A DNA stretch of 64,000 bases from Longimicrobiales bacterium (GCA_965219445.1 CBDCNQ010000004.1:1120001-1184000); one strand, 5' to 3'; shown: positions 19,332-30,522, counted from the stretch's first letter. Notes: generated by a model from the letters alone, not told the origin. Program-made: numbers and translations.

Positions 19332-20894
19332 TCAGTTGATCCGCCCCCCGTGCTCCTCCCACTCACGATTGCGTAGCAGGAACTTCTGAATCTTCCCGGT
19401 TGAGGTCTTGGGCAGATCGCCGAACTCGATCGTCTTGGGCACCTTGAAGCCCGCGAGCTTCCCGCGACAGTGCTCGACGATATCGTCCTCCGAGGCCGTT
19501 TGTTGTGGCTTCAGGGTGACGAAGGCCTTCGGCACCTCACCCCATTTTTCGTGCGGGATGGGAACGACGGCACACTCCATTACGGCCGGATGCGAAACCA
19601 CGGTTTGTTCGACTTCAACCGTGCTGATGTTCTCCCCACCCGAGATGATGATGTCTTTTTTGCGGTCACGGAGTTCGATGGAGCGGTCGGGATGGAGCAC
19701 GGCGATGTCGCCGCTGTGGAACCAACCGCCCGCGAACGCCTTCTCGGTAGCCTCCGCATCGTCGAAGTAGCCCTTCATGACGATGTTTCCGCGCATGACG
19801 ACTTCACCCATGGTCTCGCCATCGGCCGGAATCGGCTGCATTTCGGCATCGACGACGCTCACTTCTCCAGTGCAGACGTTCGCAAACCCCTGTCGTGCCT
19901 TGTGGCGCGACTGCTCCTCCTCGGACCGATCCCCCAGACTCGGTGGCGCGACGTTGATCGTGCACGGGCCGTAGGTCTCCGTCAGGCCGTATGTATGCTC
20001 GAGCTCGAAGTTGAGGGCGGCCATCTGCGCAATGATCGTGGGCGACGGTGGTGCACCCGCGGTGAAGAGCCTCACCGGTCGCTCGAGTCGGTGTGCGGAC
20101 GGATCGTTGGCAAGCATGGTGAGCACCGTGGGTGCGGCGCAGAAATGCGTGACACCCTCATCGAACCGTCGCCACACGTCCGCCGGATCGATCCGCGGAA
20201 TGCAGACGCTCTTTGCGCCGACGGCCGCGACCCCCCAGGCGAACGTCCACCCGTTGCAGTGGAACATGGGCAACGTCCAGAGATACACGCTTTCCGCGGT
20301 CAGACGCTGGTCGAGGACCATCGCCAGCGCATTCAAATACGCACCGCGATGATGATACATGACGCCCTTCGGTCGGCCCGTGGTCCCGGACGTGTAGTTG
20401 ATCGTGATCGTCTCGTCCTCGTGAAACCCGCTCGTGGGCAACTCGTCATCCGTGCCCTGGGACAAGAGATCCTCGAGCCCGTCTCGGGTGTCGAGCAGCG
20501 TGACGCCGGAAAGCGTGCCGGGGATTTGGTCACGGAGTTCGGGAGAGTAGAACACCATGGTCGACCCCGATTGCCCGATGATGTACCCGATTTCGTCGGG
20601 CGACAGACGCGTGTTGATGCTCACGAGCGTTCCACCGGCGAGCGGCACTCCGAAGTGGGCAAGGAGCAATGGCTCCGAGTTCAACGCAAGAAACGCGACC
20701 CTGTCCCCCTTTTCGAGTCCTCGAGCCTTGAGCGCCGACGCGAAGCGCCTGGCGCGGGCGCGGAAGTCACGCCAGGTGTATTCGACCTCCCCGTCCACGA
20801 CGGCGGTGTGCTCCGCATACGCGTCGCCGGCGCGTTCCAGAAAATGCGTTGGGAGTAATTCTTGGCGGTAGACCTTCGTTTCTGGTTGGCTCAT
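19332..20894 (-). CDS. Acyl-CoA synthetase (AMP-binding enzyme)
   Basis: YTSGTTGRPKG, LPMFHCNGW, YGLTE, GWFHSGD and PKTSTGKIQK. Confidence 0.93.
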   Translation of the reverse strand: MSQPETKVYRQELLPTHFLERAGDAYAEHTAVVDGEVEYTWRDFRARARRFASALKARGLEKGDRVAFLALNSEPLLLAHFGVPLAGGTLVSINTRLSPDEIGYIIGQSGSTMVFYSPELRDQIPGTLSGVTLLDTRDGLEDLLSQGTDDELPTSGFHEDETITINYTSGTTGRPKGVMYHHRGAYLNALAMVLDQRLTAESVYLWTLPMFHCNGWTFAWGVAAVGAKSVCIPRIDPADVWRRFDEGVTHFCAAPTVLTMLANDPSAHRLERPVRLFTAGAPPSPTIIAQMAALNFELEHTYGLTETYGPCTINVAPPSLGDRSEEEQSRHKARQGFANVCTGEVSVVDAEMQPIPADGETMGEVVMRGNIVMKGYFDDAEATEKAFAGGWFHSGDIAVLHPDRSIELRDRKKDIIISGGENISTVEVEQTVVSHPAVMECAVVPIPHEKWGEVPKAFVTLKPQQTASEDDIVEHCRGKLAGFKVPKTIEFGDLPKTSTGKIQKFLLRNREWEEHGGRIN

Positions 20895-21164
20895 GGCCGC
20901 TGTCCGGTCAAAAAGGCTCGCACACTACGGAGGCAGTCGCGCGACGAACTCGTGTCCGAGACTCGCCCGGTCTGCTGAACGGTTAATCTGCCGACCGCGA
21001 GCGAAGCGCGCGACCCTGCTATGTCCCGCCACATGCGAAACGCGCCTGTCTCGTCCAGGCTGTACAAAGAAGGTTCGCCGCCCGAGACTGGGCCCCGGGG
21101 GATCGGCACCATCCTCTGGAGCCACACGATTGAGCGACTGCCCATTGAGAGAGGGGCCATACGC

Positions 21165-22655
21165 ATGTCATACGAGGAGCTGTGCTACAACGAGGTTCGA
21201 CAGACGTCGAGCCACAATGCGTTCCAGCGTCCGGAGAGTATCTATGACCAGGTGGTGTATTGGAGAGTCCGGTCGCTCGAGATCGATTTGCACCGCGGTA
21301 AGCCAGGGCGGCGTGCACTGAAGAAGGACTGGTACATCTATCATGTGGCGTTCATCGACCCCGATACCACGGTGGACCGCTTTAGCGGATTCCTTCAGAT
21401 CTGTCGCGGGATCCAACGAGCCATCCCACAGCACGAAGTGGTGACCGTTTTCCTTGACATCAAGGATCGTTTCCATACGACCGCGTCCGCGTCACAGTCG
21501 GCTGTAGTCTTCGATGGCCTTCTCATCGATGCTCTCGGAGAGGGCCACATCTACCGCCCACAGGACCTGCTGGCTCGCGAGCCCGGAGCGGTGTCGCTCC
21601 AGGCGGCGGTGGCCGCCCAGGGTTGGCCGACCCTGGAAGAATTGAGGGGGAAATTCCTGTTCGTGCTCACCGGAGGAGACGATGAGCTGGCCACGTACGC
21701 CGAATCCGGTACAGCGAACCGACGGGTGGCCTTCCTGTCCACTGGAATGTCGCATGCCAACGAAGTTCCAGCGGATCCACGCATCGTCTTCTACAATATG
21801 AACGGCCAGAATGTGCGTTTCGCGAAGAAGGTTCATGAGGCGGGCCTGGTTTCAAGGGCCTACTACGTCGACTCCAAGGCGCGGTGGCAGTCCGCAGTCG
21901 ATCACGACTGCCACCACATCGCGACCGATCATGTGAACACCCGCCTGGAGCCTTGGTCGAGGACCCGTCGGAGCACCGGTTTCCCCTTCCAGGCGCTGCG
22001 TGGCTACACGCCCTCCGTCACGGAGGCGGGTGAGGTATGCGGCTTGTGGGCGCGATCAGGGGATATCTGGCGTAAACGCGACAGTTTTCTCTACCATTAC
22101 CGGGACTGCTCAGACCGGATAGACAATCGGTATTCGTTCTATATCTCCGGCCCGAACTCGGCAGTCGACGATTGGGTCAAGGGCGGTGTGCTCGTGAGAT
22201 CGTCTCTGGCCAGGAACTCCCCATACTTTGGGGTATTCCGCGTGGGGGAGCACCACGGGCTCCGCATACAGTACCGCGTCTCCTCCAAAGGCCCGACCAT
22301 GGCCGAGGAGAGGAGGCTTGGCCCGGCGGGGCTCTTCGACCCTGACACACTCGTATTCGTCAGACTCAGCGTCAGTCGAGAAGGGCACCGCGTCCGGGGC
22401 TGGGGCTCTGTCGACGGACGCGCTTGGACCGAGCTGGGCCGCTACGAATTCCCCGAGCCGTTGAGGTATCAAGGAATCGGCGTGAGCTCGCACGGAGTCG
22501 CGAGGGGAGCGAAGTTCCTCTTCGGCGTGCCGGGTAACCGCCCTCGCCCCGAGTTCAATCGCCGGCGGTTTATCGGAAAGGGCGACGCAAAAGACAGAGG
22601 ATGGGTCGATTGGGACGGGAAGCGGCGTTGGAGGGTGAACCGCTTCGCTGATTGA
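21165..22655 (+). CDS. PI-PLC-like phosphodiesterase with a C-terminal beta-sandwich domain
   Basis: SSHNAF, VRSLEIDLH, WPTLEELRGKFLFVL and IATD; C-terminal SGDIW, KGGVLVRSSL and SVDGRAW. Confidence 0.7.
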   Translation: MSYEELCYNEVRQTSSHNAFQRPESIYDQVVYWRVRSLEIDLHRGKPGRRALKKDWYIYHVAFIDPDTTVDRFSGFLQICRGIQRAIPQHEVVTVFLDIKDRFHTTASASQSAVVFDGLLIDALGEGHIYRPQDLLAREPGAVSLQAAVAAQGWPTLEELRGKFLFVLTGGDDELATYAESGTANRRVAFLSTGMSHANEVPADPRIVFYNMNGQNVRFAKKVHEAGLVSRAYYVDSKARWQSAVDHDCHHIATDHVNTRLEPWSRTRRSTGFPFQALRGYTPSVTEAGEVCGLWARSGDIWRKRDSFLYHYRDCSDRIDNRYSFYISGPNSAVDDWVKGGVLVRSSLARNSPYFGVFRVGEHHGLRIQYRVSSKGPTMAEERRLGPAGLFDPDTLVFVRLSVSREGHRVRGWGSVDGRAWTELGRYEFPEPLRYQGIGVSSHGVARGAKFLFGVPGNRPRPEFNRRRFIGKGDAKDRGWVDWDGKRRWRVNRFAD

Positions 22656-22897
22656 CCAGGTTGCTAACATGCCGATGCTCCCGTAGCGTGGGCACTGGCC
22701 GAGAGTCGGTCGGGGTCGTGCCACGGTCGGGGCGTCCCGGAACAGGGACTCCACAACATCAACAGGTGCTGAGAGCCCAAGCAAATGCGTGGATTCTGGT
22801 TTGGCCTATCCTTCCTGGTCGTTTCGCCCGCCGTTGGGCTTGTGGGCCAGACACCCGATGATCCCCTCGTCCGTGTCATGGGCTTCGGTGACTTCAA

Positions 22898-23410
22898 CTA
22901 CGTGGCGACGTAGACCAGCATCTCCGTTTCCCCGCTTCGGAGGCCTCCCACGAGAAGGTCGTTCAGCCCGGACTGGTTCAGGGTGACCAGACGCTCCTGC
23001 AGGTTGTACGAGAGGGAGAGGCCGGCAACCACATCGTAGTCCATGTATCCCAAGGCACCGGTAGCGACCGCCGTTTCCCACGCCGTGCTGACCAGAATGG
23101 CGGGCTGAAAGCCCTCCATGATGTTTCGGATCGTGGTCGCAGGCACGGCGTCGCCGCTGGAGTCCATGCCGACCAGGACGTCCCGGAGTCCTACATGGAA
23201 CAGGGTGACGTCCTCCAGGCGGAGGCGGTTCTGTTGGATTTCCCGCTCGAAGTTGACCAGCGAGCGGTCGGCGAGATCCTGGAACTCCAGATCCTCGTTC
23301 CACTCGTCGAGCGCGAGGGCCAGGAGTATGCTCCCGACCACCAGCACCCGGGAAATCCAGGAGCCCCACCGCAGGGGGCCTTCGGTCTCGGACGGACTAA
23401 GGTTGGCCAA
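22898..23410 (-). CDS. Membrane-anchored hypothetical protein, possibly 3'-truncated
   Basis: N-terminal TM VVGSILLALALDEW followed by a helical region with AWETAVATG. Confidence 0.55.
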   Translation of the reverse strand: MANLSPSETEGPLRWGSWISRVLVVGSILLALALDEWNEDLEFQDLADRSLVNFEREIQQNRLRLEDVTLFHVGLRDVLVGMDSSGDAVPATTIRNIMEGFQPAILVSTAWETAVATGALGYMDYDVVAGLSLSYNLQERLVTLNQSGLNDLLVGGLRSGETEMLVYVAT

Positions 23411-23643
23411 TGGGCACTCAGCTGGTTCGAAGCCTATCTCCGTAAAGGGACTCACAGGACGCGGACCCGCACAGGAAGATGGAAGAAGGTGAGGCGTCGG
23501 GCCAGGGAGCCGGACGTTCGCGTGGAGCAATGCACTCACCCTTGGTGGGGGGAGCGAACGTCATGGTGGGAGGCGAGGCGATTTTCTTCGGACGGCTGAA
23601 GAGGGGGTCGAACGTATATCTCCCGGTGAGGTACAGTTTCTAG

Positions 23644-24315
23644 ATAAAACTGCTCGATACCGCACGCATACCGGGCGAGGGTCGTGAGCTCAGCCTCTAC
23701 CAACTGGGCGAGGACTTCGTGATCCGGATCGTAGACGGTCAGGAGCTGATGACCACTCGAGCCCACGGGTCCGAGGACGTGTTAGCCGAGATCGCGTGCA
23801 GAGAGGTCGCCCGTCGCGAGCGGCCCCGGGTGCTGATCGGTGGCCTAGGTATGGGCTTTACTCTGGCCTCGGCGCTGTGCCACCTCGGGCATGACGCGGA
23901 GGTTGTGGTAGCCGAGTTGGTGCCGGCGGTGGTCGAATGGAACCGGGGCCCCCTCGGAGAGAAGGCAGGTCATCCCCTCAGGGATGAACGGGTCACCGTC
24001 CACGAGGTCGACGTCTCGACTATCCTGAAGGCGCAACTGCGGAGCTTCGACGCCATCTTGTTGGACGTGGACAATGGCCCGGACGGACTGACGCGGGAGG
24101 GCAATCATTGGCTCTACTCGAGGGACGGACTGAGCGCAGCCTACCAAGCACTTCGGCCAAAAGGTGTGCTTGCGGTGTGGTCGGCCGGTCCTGACCGCGC
24201 GTTCAGCAAACGTTTGGGCAAGACCGGTTTCGAGGTCCACGAGGTCCCGGTGCGGGCACACCGCGGGAAGGGCGCCCGGCACCTCATCTGGGTTGCTCGA
24301 GCGCCTGAGCAGTAG
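23644..24315 (+). CDS. Spermidine synthase-like SAM-dependent methyltransferase, start region damaged
   Basis: [16 protein letters not shown] and ILLDVDNGP; homology-like sequence extends upstream ([11 protein letters not shown]) to an in-frame TAG at 23641. Confidence 0.8.
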   Translation: MKLLDTARIPGEGRELSLYQLGEDFVIRIVDGQELMTTRAHGSEDVLAEIACREVARRERPRVLIGGLGMGFTLASALCHLGHDAEVVVAELVPAVVEWNRGPLGEKAGHPLRDERVTVHEVDVSTILKAQLRSFDAILLDVDNGPDGLTREGNHWLYSRDGLSAAYQALRPKGVLAVWSAGPDRAFSKRLGKTGFEVHEVPVRAHRGKGARHLIWVARAPEQ

Positions 24316-24499
24316 AGAGCGGTTAGCCCTCCAGTCCCACCTCCACGAGAAAACGTTTGAAGCGTGGGCTTCCTCGCAAGGGATCGAAGACGGGCTCGAC
24401 CTTCAGGGCAGCCGTTCGTCTGGCAGGCGTCGACCCACCCACCCCTCTCCTCGCCCCACGCATTCGTGTACGTTGGGGCTCGCACCCGGTACCCGGACC

Positions 24500-26062
24500 A
24501 TGGAGCCTGCGATCACCCCCCATCCGACGGGCACTCCCCTCGGCATTCTTCGCGATGTCTTCGGCTACGAGGACTTCCGCCCCGGCCAGCTCGAGGTCAT
24601 CGAGGCCGTGGTCGAGGGCCGTGACTGCATCGCACTCATGCCCACCGGGGCGGGCAAATCCCTGACGTTCCAGGTGCCAGCCCGCTTGATGGACGGCACG
24701 GTGCTCGTGTTGTCTCCACTGATCTCCCTCATGAAGGACCAGGTCGATGCGCTCAATGATCTGGGCTTTCGGGCCGCTGCGATCAACTCCTCCCTGGAAC
24801 CGGGCGAGCGGGAGCGGAGGCTCCAGGACCTGAGAGCCGGAGAGTACGAGCTCGTTTATCTTGCCCCGGAGGGGCTCGACGGCCCTTTGAGCCGGGAGGC
24901 AGGAAACTGGCCGCTCTCGCTCCTCGTGGTGGACGAGGCCCACTGTATCAGCCAGTGGGGCCACGACTTCCGGCCGTCGTACCGGCGGCTGCAGAGGCTC
25001 CGGGAAGAGCTGCCCAACGTGCCAGTGCTCGCGCTCACCGCGACCGCCACAAACGCGGTGGCCCGTGACATCATTCGCCAACTCGACATGAGCAAGCCCG
25101 CGGGCTTCAAGGGCTCGTTCTTCCGCCCCAACCTGAACATTTATTGCCGGAAGAAGGGCACTGGACCCACGCGCCGCGAGATCGCAGGGCTGATCCAGGC
25201 TCGGCAGGGGCAGAGTGGCATCCTGTACTGCGCCTCGCGGAAGGCGGTCGACCAGATGGCCGACTTCCTCTGCAATCAGGGCGCGCGGGCGTTGCCGTAT
25301 CACGCGGGCATGGAGGACGGAGATCGGGCGGCAAATCAGGAGGCTTTTGCGCGCGACGACGCCGATGTGATCGTCGCTACCATTGCCTTCGGCATGGGCA
25401 TCGACAAGTCGAACGTGCGCTTCGTCATCCACCGAGACATGCCCAAGGACGTGGAGTCCTGGTATCAGGAGATGGGTCGCGCGGGTCGGGATGGTCTGGA
25501 TAGCGACTGCTTTCTGTTCTATTCGTGGGCCGACGTGAAGCTACAGGAGAGGTTCCTGAGTGACATCGACGACCCGGATCTCTACTGGGCGAAGATCGAG
25601 GCGGCCAAGGCCCTCTTCCGCTTGGTGGACGGCGGTGGATGCCGGCACAGGAAGATCCTGGGCCACTTCGCCGAGGAGATCGATGCGTGCGGTACGTCCT
25701 GTGATTGGTGCACGGGTGTGAAGGCCGAGGAACTGGCGGCGGAGGGGATGGGGGCGGCCGCGGTGGCAGCCCCTCGACGGCGATCGTCGCAGTCATACGA
25801 TCGAGTGGCGGAGTCCGCGCCACTCACTGATGAAGGTGAGGCCCTGTTTCAGACCCTAAGAGAGCTCCGCAAGTCGATCGCGGACCAGCAGGGTGTGCCG
25901 GCCTACATCGTCTTCAGCGATAAGACCCTTCGGACCATGGCAGAGGAGCGTCCATCCACGCCGGAAGAGTTCTTGGCTCTCTCGGGCGTTGGGCCGCTGA
26001 AGCTCGAGCGATACGGAGAGGCGTTCTTGGAGGCGGTGGGCGAGGCCCCCATCGGGCGGTAG
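24500..26062 (+). CDS. recQ: RecQ family ATP-dependent DNA helicase with HRDC domain
   Basis: [41 protein letters not shown], Zn-binding cysteines and [12 protein letters not shown]. Confidence 0.93.
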   Translation: MEPAITPHPTGTPLGILRDVFGYEDFRPGQLEVIEAVVEGRDCIALMPTGAGKSLTFQVPARLMDGTVLVLSPLISLMKDQVDALNDLGFRAAAINSSLEPGERERRLQDLRAGEYELVYLAPEGLDGPLSREAGNWPLSLLVVDEAHCISQWGHDFRPSYRRLQRLREELPNVPVLALTATATNAVARDIIRQLDMSKPAGFKGSFFRPNLNIYCRKKGTGPTRREIAGLIQARQGQSGILYCASRKAVDQMADFLCNQGARALPYHAGMEDGDRAANQEAFARDDADVIVATIAFGMGIDKSNVRFVIHRDMPKDVESWYQEMGRAGRDGLDSDCFLFYSWADVKLQERFLSDIDDPDLYWAKIEAAKALFRLVDGGGCRHRKILGHFAEEIDACGTSCDWCTGVKAEELAAEGMGAAAVAAPRRRSSQSYDRVAESAPLTDEGEALFQTLRELRKSIADQQGVPAYIVFSDKTLRTMAEERPSTPEEFLALSGVGPLKLERYGEAFLEAVGEAPIGR

Positions 26063-26109
26063 TGGCCACCTCTGTGGCGGCCACCCACAATTGACGATAC
26101 AGTACGCTC

Positions 26110-27027
26110 ATGCTGACTCGACGATCTTTCGTTCTGGCTTCTTTGGCGGCTCCCCTGGCGCGGTCGGTACGGCCGGTCGAGGCACAGTCAGCCCCGCCCG
26201 GCAAGATGCTGCTCAGCATTCACCAGAACACTTCCCGAGCGGCCGGATTCCGCGGATCGCTCGAAGGCTGGGCGAGAGCGGGTATCGAGTACGTCGAGCT
26301 GAACGCCGGCATGCTCGACGGTTTCCTCGAGAACGATACGTTACCTGCCGCGCGGCGGCTTCTGACCGATCTGGGACTGACACCGGTTTCCGCTGCGGCG
26401 GGCTTGCCGGATATCTGGATCCCGGGTCCGGCAAGAGCAGCATCGCTCGAGACGTGGAGAAGGCGCTGCGATCAGTTTGCCAGCCTTGGACTGCAGAAGA
26501 TCTACTCCTCGTCGAGCACGAGGCGGCCCGTCACCCCCGAAGACTTCGCGGCGACGCCAGACTGCATCCGTGAGACCGGAGAGATCGCCAGGGAGTACAA
26601 CCTCACGGCGATGATCGAATTCCTCCGCACGTCGAGCCACCTGGCAACGCTGACCTCAGCGCTCCAGGTGATCCGCGAGGCGGCGCATCCCAACGTCCGA
26701 CCCATGCTCGATTTTTTCCACTTCTGGTCGGGACTGAGCAAATTCGAAGATCTGGACCTGCTCGAGCCGGGTGAGCTCGCACATGCGCATTTCCAGGATC
26801 TGCTCGATGGGCCGCGCGAGTTGATCGATAACGATTCGAGGCTGATTCCCGGCGACGGCATCGCACCTGTGGTGCGCATCCTCCGAAAGCTGGCTGAAAA
26901 AGAGTACGACGGAGCGCTTTCGGTAGAGTTGTTCCGGGCGGAGCTGGTCAGGGGGGACCCGTTCCAGGTCGCTACCGAAATCCGCCGGAAATGCGAAGCT
27001 GTGATGCGCGAAGCACAGGTTCTCTAG
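26110..27027 (+). CDS. Sugar phosphate isomerase/epimerase (TIM barrel) with Tat signal
   Basis: TRRSF twin-arginine motif; IEF, DFFH, HFQD, PGDG and SVELF. Confidence 0.85.
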   Translation: MLTRRSFVLASLAAPLARSVRPVEAQSAPPGKMLLSIHQNTSRAAGFRGSLEGWARAGIEYVELNAGMLDGFLENDTLPAARRLLTDLGLTPVSAAAGLPDIWIPGPARAASLETWRRRCDQFASLGLQKIYSSSSTRRPVTPEDFAATPDCIRETGEIAREYNLTAMIEFLRTSSHLATLTSALQVIREAAHPNVRPMLDFFHFWSGLSKFEDLDLLEPGELAHAHFQDLLDGPRELIDNDSRLIPGDGIAPVVRILRKLAEKEYDGALSVELFRAELVRGDPFQVATEIRRKCEAVMREAQVL

Positions 27028-27094
27028 GCGGACTAGAACTGACCGGGGGCGGGGGCGGCCCGGCACTCTCCACCCACACGAGGAGTCCAGCCAG

Positions 27095-28882
27095 GTGGCC
27101 CATCCCCTTCGAGGTCCGGCGCGTAAAAGCGCGATTCAAAGAGTCACCTCCTGTGCTGTCGCGTCCCTCATCGGGCTCTTCAGTTTGTATTCCATCGCGG
27201 GCGCGCAGTCGCTCGTCGACAGCTATACGCCCGTGACCGAGGCCATGCTACTCAGCCCACCGGACGGCGAGTGGCTGATGTGGCGCCGAACCTACAACCA
27301 CTGGGGGTACAGCCCCCTCGACCAGATCAACACGTCGAACGTAGGCGACCTCCGCCTGGCATGGGCGTGGACCATGGAACCGGGCATGCAGGAAACGACC
27401 CCTTTGGTGCACGACGGGGTCATGTTTCTGCCTCAGGCGTGCGACTTCATCGAGGCGGTGGACGCGCGGGACGGAACGCCGCTCTGGGACTACCGCCGCG
27501 AGCGCGTCGAGCACGCGGCGACCCTGGCGTGCGCCAACCGCAACGCGGCGCTCTACGGCGACCGGCTCTTCCTCGCTACCCACGACGCCTATCTGGTCGC
27601 CCTCGACGCTCGCACAGGAGAGGTCGAGTGGGAGAAGCAGGTTGGGGATTGGACCGTGGGACAGCACTACTCCGGTGGGCCCCAGATCATCAAGGGTCAG
27701 GTCGTCGCGGGCATGTCCGGCTGCTATTTCATCAACACAGGCTGCTGGATCTCGGCCCACGACCTCGAGACGGGTGAGGAGTTGTGGCGCACGCGCACGA
27801 TCCCACAGCAAGGGGAGCCCGGAAGCGAAACCTGGGGAGCCCTTCCAGACGAGCAACGCCGGGGAGGCTCCGCCTGGATTGCCCCGAGCTACGATCCGGA
27901 GCTGAACCTGATCTATAGCGGAGTGGGCGTGCCGGTCCCGTGGGGATCGGTCCAACGAGACACAGGCGGCGGCGACGTCCTCTACACGAATTCGACGCTG
28001 GCCCTGAATGCCGACACGGGCGAGATGGTGTGGTACTTCCAACATCTGCCGGGGGACGAGTGGGACCAGGACCACCCCTTCGAGCGCATCCTGGTTGAGA
28101 CGGAGGTTTCACCCGACCCGGACGCAGTGGCGTGGCTGAATCCCGACATCACGCCGGGCGGCCGACGCAAGGTGGTCACCGGTGTTCCGGGCAAGCCGGG
28201 CCTCGTTTGGACACTAGACGCCGCTACGGGGGACTTCCTGTGGGCACGAGAGACGAGTTACCAGAACGTCATCGTGGATGTCGACATAGCGGGGCGGAAG
28301 GGAATCGCGAACCCAACCATCAGGCCCCAGGCGATCGAGGAGGAAACCCTCGTCTGTCCACACCTGGCAGGCGGCGGCATCAGCTGGCAAGCGGTGGCAT
28401 ACAGCCCAGAAACGAACGCCCTCTACACGCCGACCAACAACGCCTGCATGATCTACACGCTGAATCTGGTGGAGCCGACGATCGGTTTGCACCACGCCTC
28501 CGCGACTTCCCGGCGAGTGCAGGTGCCCAACTCCGACGAGCAGGTCGGTCAGCTCACGTCCGTGAACGTGGCCACGGGACGAACGCGTTGGCTGCATAGG
28601 CAAAGGGCGGGGATCGGCGGGTCCCTGCTCGCCACGGGCGGCGGGTTGGTTTTCGTCACCGACGACGCACGGCGCTTTCGCGCCTTCGACGCCGACACGG
28701 GTGAGATTCTGTGGGAGCAGATTCTCAACTCGACCGCCGGAGGGTACCCGGTCAGCTATAGCGTGGACGGTGTTCAATACATCGCCATCGCAGCCGGTGG
28801 GGGGGTAAACTACCGGAGCATCACCCCGGAGATCCGGCAGCGGGGCGGGGGTAATACACTCTTCGTGTTTCGGCTGCCCTGA
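27095..28882 (+). CDS. PQQ-dependent dehydrogenase (beta-propeller)
   Basis: YSPLDQIN, TPLVHDGVMF, repeated ALDAxTGxxxW docking motifs and YDPELNLIY. Confidence 0.9.
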   Translation: MAHPLRGPARKSAIQRVTSCAVASLIGLFSLYSIAGAQSLVDSYTPVTEAMLLSPPDGEWLMWRRTYNHWGYSPLDQINTSNVGDLRLAWAWTMEPGMQETTPLVHDGVMFLPQACDFIEAVDARDGTPLWDYRRERVEHAATLACANRNAALYGDRLFLATHDAYLVALDARTGEVEWEKQVGDWTVGQHYSGGPQIIKGQVVAGMSGCYFINTGCWISAHDLETGEELWRTRTIPQQGEPGSETWGALPDEQRRGGSAWIAPSYDPELNLIYSGVGVPVPWGSVQRDTGGGDVLYTNSTLALNADTGEMVWYFQHLPGDEWDQDHPFERILVETEVSPDPDAVAWLNPDITPGGRRKVVTGVPGKPGLVWTLDAATGDFLWARETSYQNVIVDVDIAGRKGIANPTIRPQAIEEETLVCPHLAGGGISWQAVAYSPETNALYTPTNNACMIYTLNLVEPTIGLHHASATSRRVQVPNSDEQVGQLTSVNVATGRTRWLHRQRAGIGGSLLATGGGLVFVTDDARRFRAFDADTGEILWEQILNSTAGGYPVSYSVDGVQYIAIAAGGGVNYRSITPEIRQRGGGNTLFVFRLP

Positions 28883-28964
28883 GGCGCCCAAAGAGGTCGC
28901 GTACCAAGCCCTGAAGGCCAGAACCGGAGTCCTGGCCGCTGAGGCTTTGCGATTCGCAGGGGAG

Positions 28965-29456
28965 CTAGTGCCCCTCCCCGTCATCGTCTGCAGACGGGCC
29001 ATAAATCGCCGGGACTTTACTGCCCATGGGACGCAGATGCGTGCTGAGTTGCCCCCGGTGGTGCACCGAGTCAAGGAAGAGGATCCAGGCCAGCTGCATG
29101 CGCGGCCCCTCCATGACCTCGTGCTCGCCAACGAGAAACTTCGCCGGGCTCATCCAGGTCTCCTCGTCCACGTTTCCCAGCCGTTCGATCAATTCTCCGA
29201 ACGTCTGGTCGAGTGTCGCAACCGCGTCGTCTACGCTTTCGAAGGGCACCTGGTTACGGTGATTGATCACGCCATCGTCGAGGAGCTCGATCAGGTCCTG
29301 GTTGTGCCCGATCATGTGTCCGATGAGATCTTCTGCGCTGCGTGCTTTAGGATCGGGGCGGTACCCCCTGCCCTCCTCGGGGACTGCGCCCACGACATTG
29401 CAGAAGAGTCCGCGCTCATGTCCCAGAATCCCTTGCAAAAACGCTGGAGTGCTCAT
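28965..29456 (-). CDS. DinB family protein
   Basis: YRPDPKARS and HHRGQLSTHLRPMGSKVPAIYGPSAD. Confidence 0.88.
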   Translation of the reverse strand: MSTPAFLQGILGHERGLFCNVVGAVPEEGRGYRPDPKARSAEDLIGHMIGHNQDLIELLDDGVINHRNQVPFESVDDAVATLDQTFGELIERLGNVDEETWMSPAKFLVGEHEVMEGPRMQLAWILFLDSVHHRGQLSTHLRPMGSKVPAIYGPSADDDGEGH

Positions 29457-29612
29457 GGAAACGTCCTTCCTGAAGATGAGTTGAGGATAAGAAGCAGGAG
29501 AATCTTACTTTCCCGGGACGGTTAGGCCAGCCCTGGCCCCTGGCGCGAATCCCCGGAACGCCCTCATTTCATCGCTCTCGCACGCCCCGGCACACCCATG
29601 AGGAGCCAACCT

Positions 29613-30485
29613 ATGAAGACTTTGCCCAAGCTCGGATATGTGGCCCTGATTTTAGCGGCCGGGAGCACGTTGCTGCCGGCCCAAGCGTTCGCCCAAGGAC
29701 GGTTCGACAATGTCGAGGTCGTGGCGCATCACGTGGCGGGGAGCGTCTACTACCTTGCAGGCCAGGGCGGGAACATCGGTGTGTCCGTGGGTGAGGACGG
29801 CGTCGTCATGATCGACGATCAGTTCGCTCCGCTCACCGACAAGATCGTCGCTGCCATCCGAGGCATCTCGAACGGGGACATCCGGTTTTTGATCAACACC
29901 CACGTCCACGGCGACCACACCGGGGGTAACGAGAACATGGGCAGGATGGGCGTGCTGATCCTCGCCAGGGATGAAGTGCGCGTTCGTCTCGCGGCCCAAT
30001 CTCCGGAAGACGCATTGCCCGTCCTGACCTACAGCGATGCGATCACGATCCACCTGAACGGAGGAGAGGTCTACGCCGCTCCCCTCCCTCCCGGCCATAC
30101 GGACGGCGACAGCTACATTCATTTCCGCGACGACGATGTGATCCACGTTGGGGACGTCTTCCGGACCGTGGCCTTCCCCGTCATCGATCGGAACAACGGC
30201 GGCACGCTCCAGGGGACGATCGACGCGCTGGCGATCCTGGCCGGACTAGGCGGCCCCAACACCATGTACGTTCCGGGACACGGTGAGGTCTCGACCCGGG
30301 AGGACGTCATGGAGTTTCGGGATATGGTCATGACGGTGAAGGACCGCGTCGCGGCCCTGATCGCGAACGGCGCCAGCTACGATGATGTGGCGGCCGCGCG
30401 CACAACCGCCCGGTGGGAGGCCCGTTGGGGCGACCCCGAGCGGTTTCTGACCGCCGTATACGCCGAGCTCAACGGAACGGAATGA
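29613..30485 (+). CDS. MBL-fold metallo-hydrolase (cyclase-like), secreted
   Basis: NTHVHGDHTGGN, GHTDGD and PGHG. Confidence 0.9.
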   Translation: MKTLPKLGYVALILAAGSTLLPAQAFAQGRFDNVEVVAHHVAGSVYYLAGQGGNIGVSVGEDGVVMIDDQFAPLTDKIVAAIRGISNGDIRFLINTHVHGDHTGGNENMGRMGVLILARDEVRVRLAAQSPEDALPVLTYSDAITIHLNGGEVYAAPLPPGHTDGDSYIHFRDDDVIHVGDVFRTVAFPVIDRNNGGTLQGTIDALAILAGLGGPNTMYVPGHGEVSTREDVMEFRDMVMTVKDRVAALIANGASYDDVAAARTTARWEARWGDPERFLTAVYAELNGTE

Positions 30486-30488
30486 ACT

Positions 30489-30522
30489 CGAGGCCCCGCA
30501 GCACGCTCGCTGCGGGGCCTCG
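30489..30522. terminator. Perfect 14-bp hairpin between convergent genes
   Basis: cgaggccccgcagc-acgctc-gctgcggggcctcg. Confidence 0.7.
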
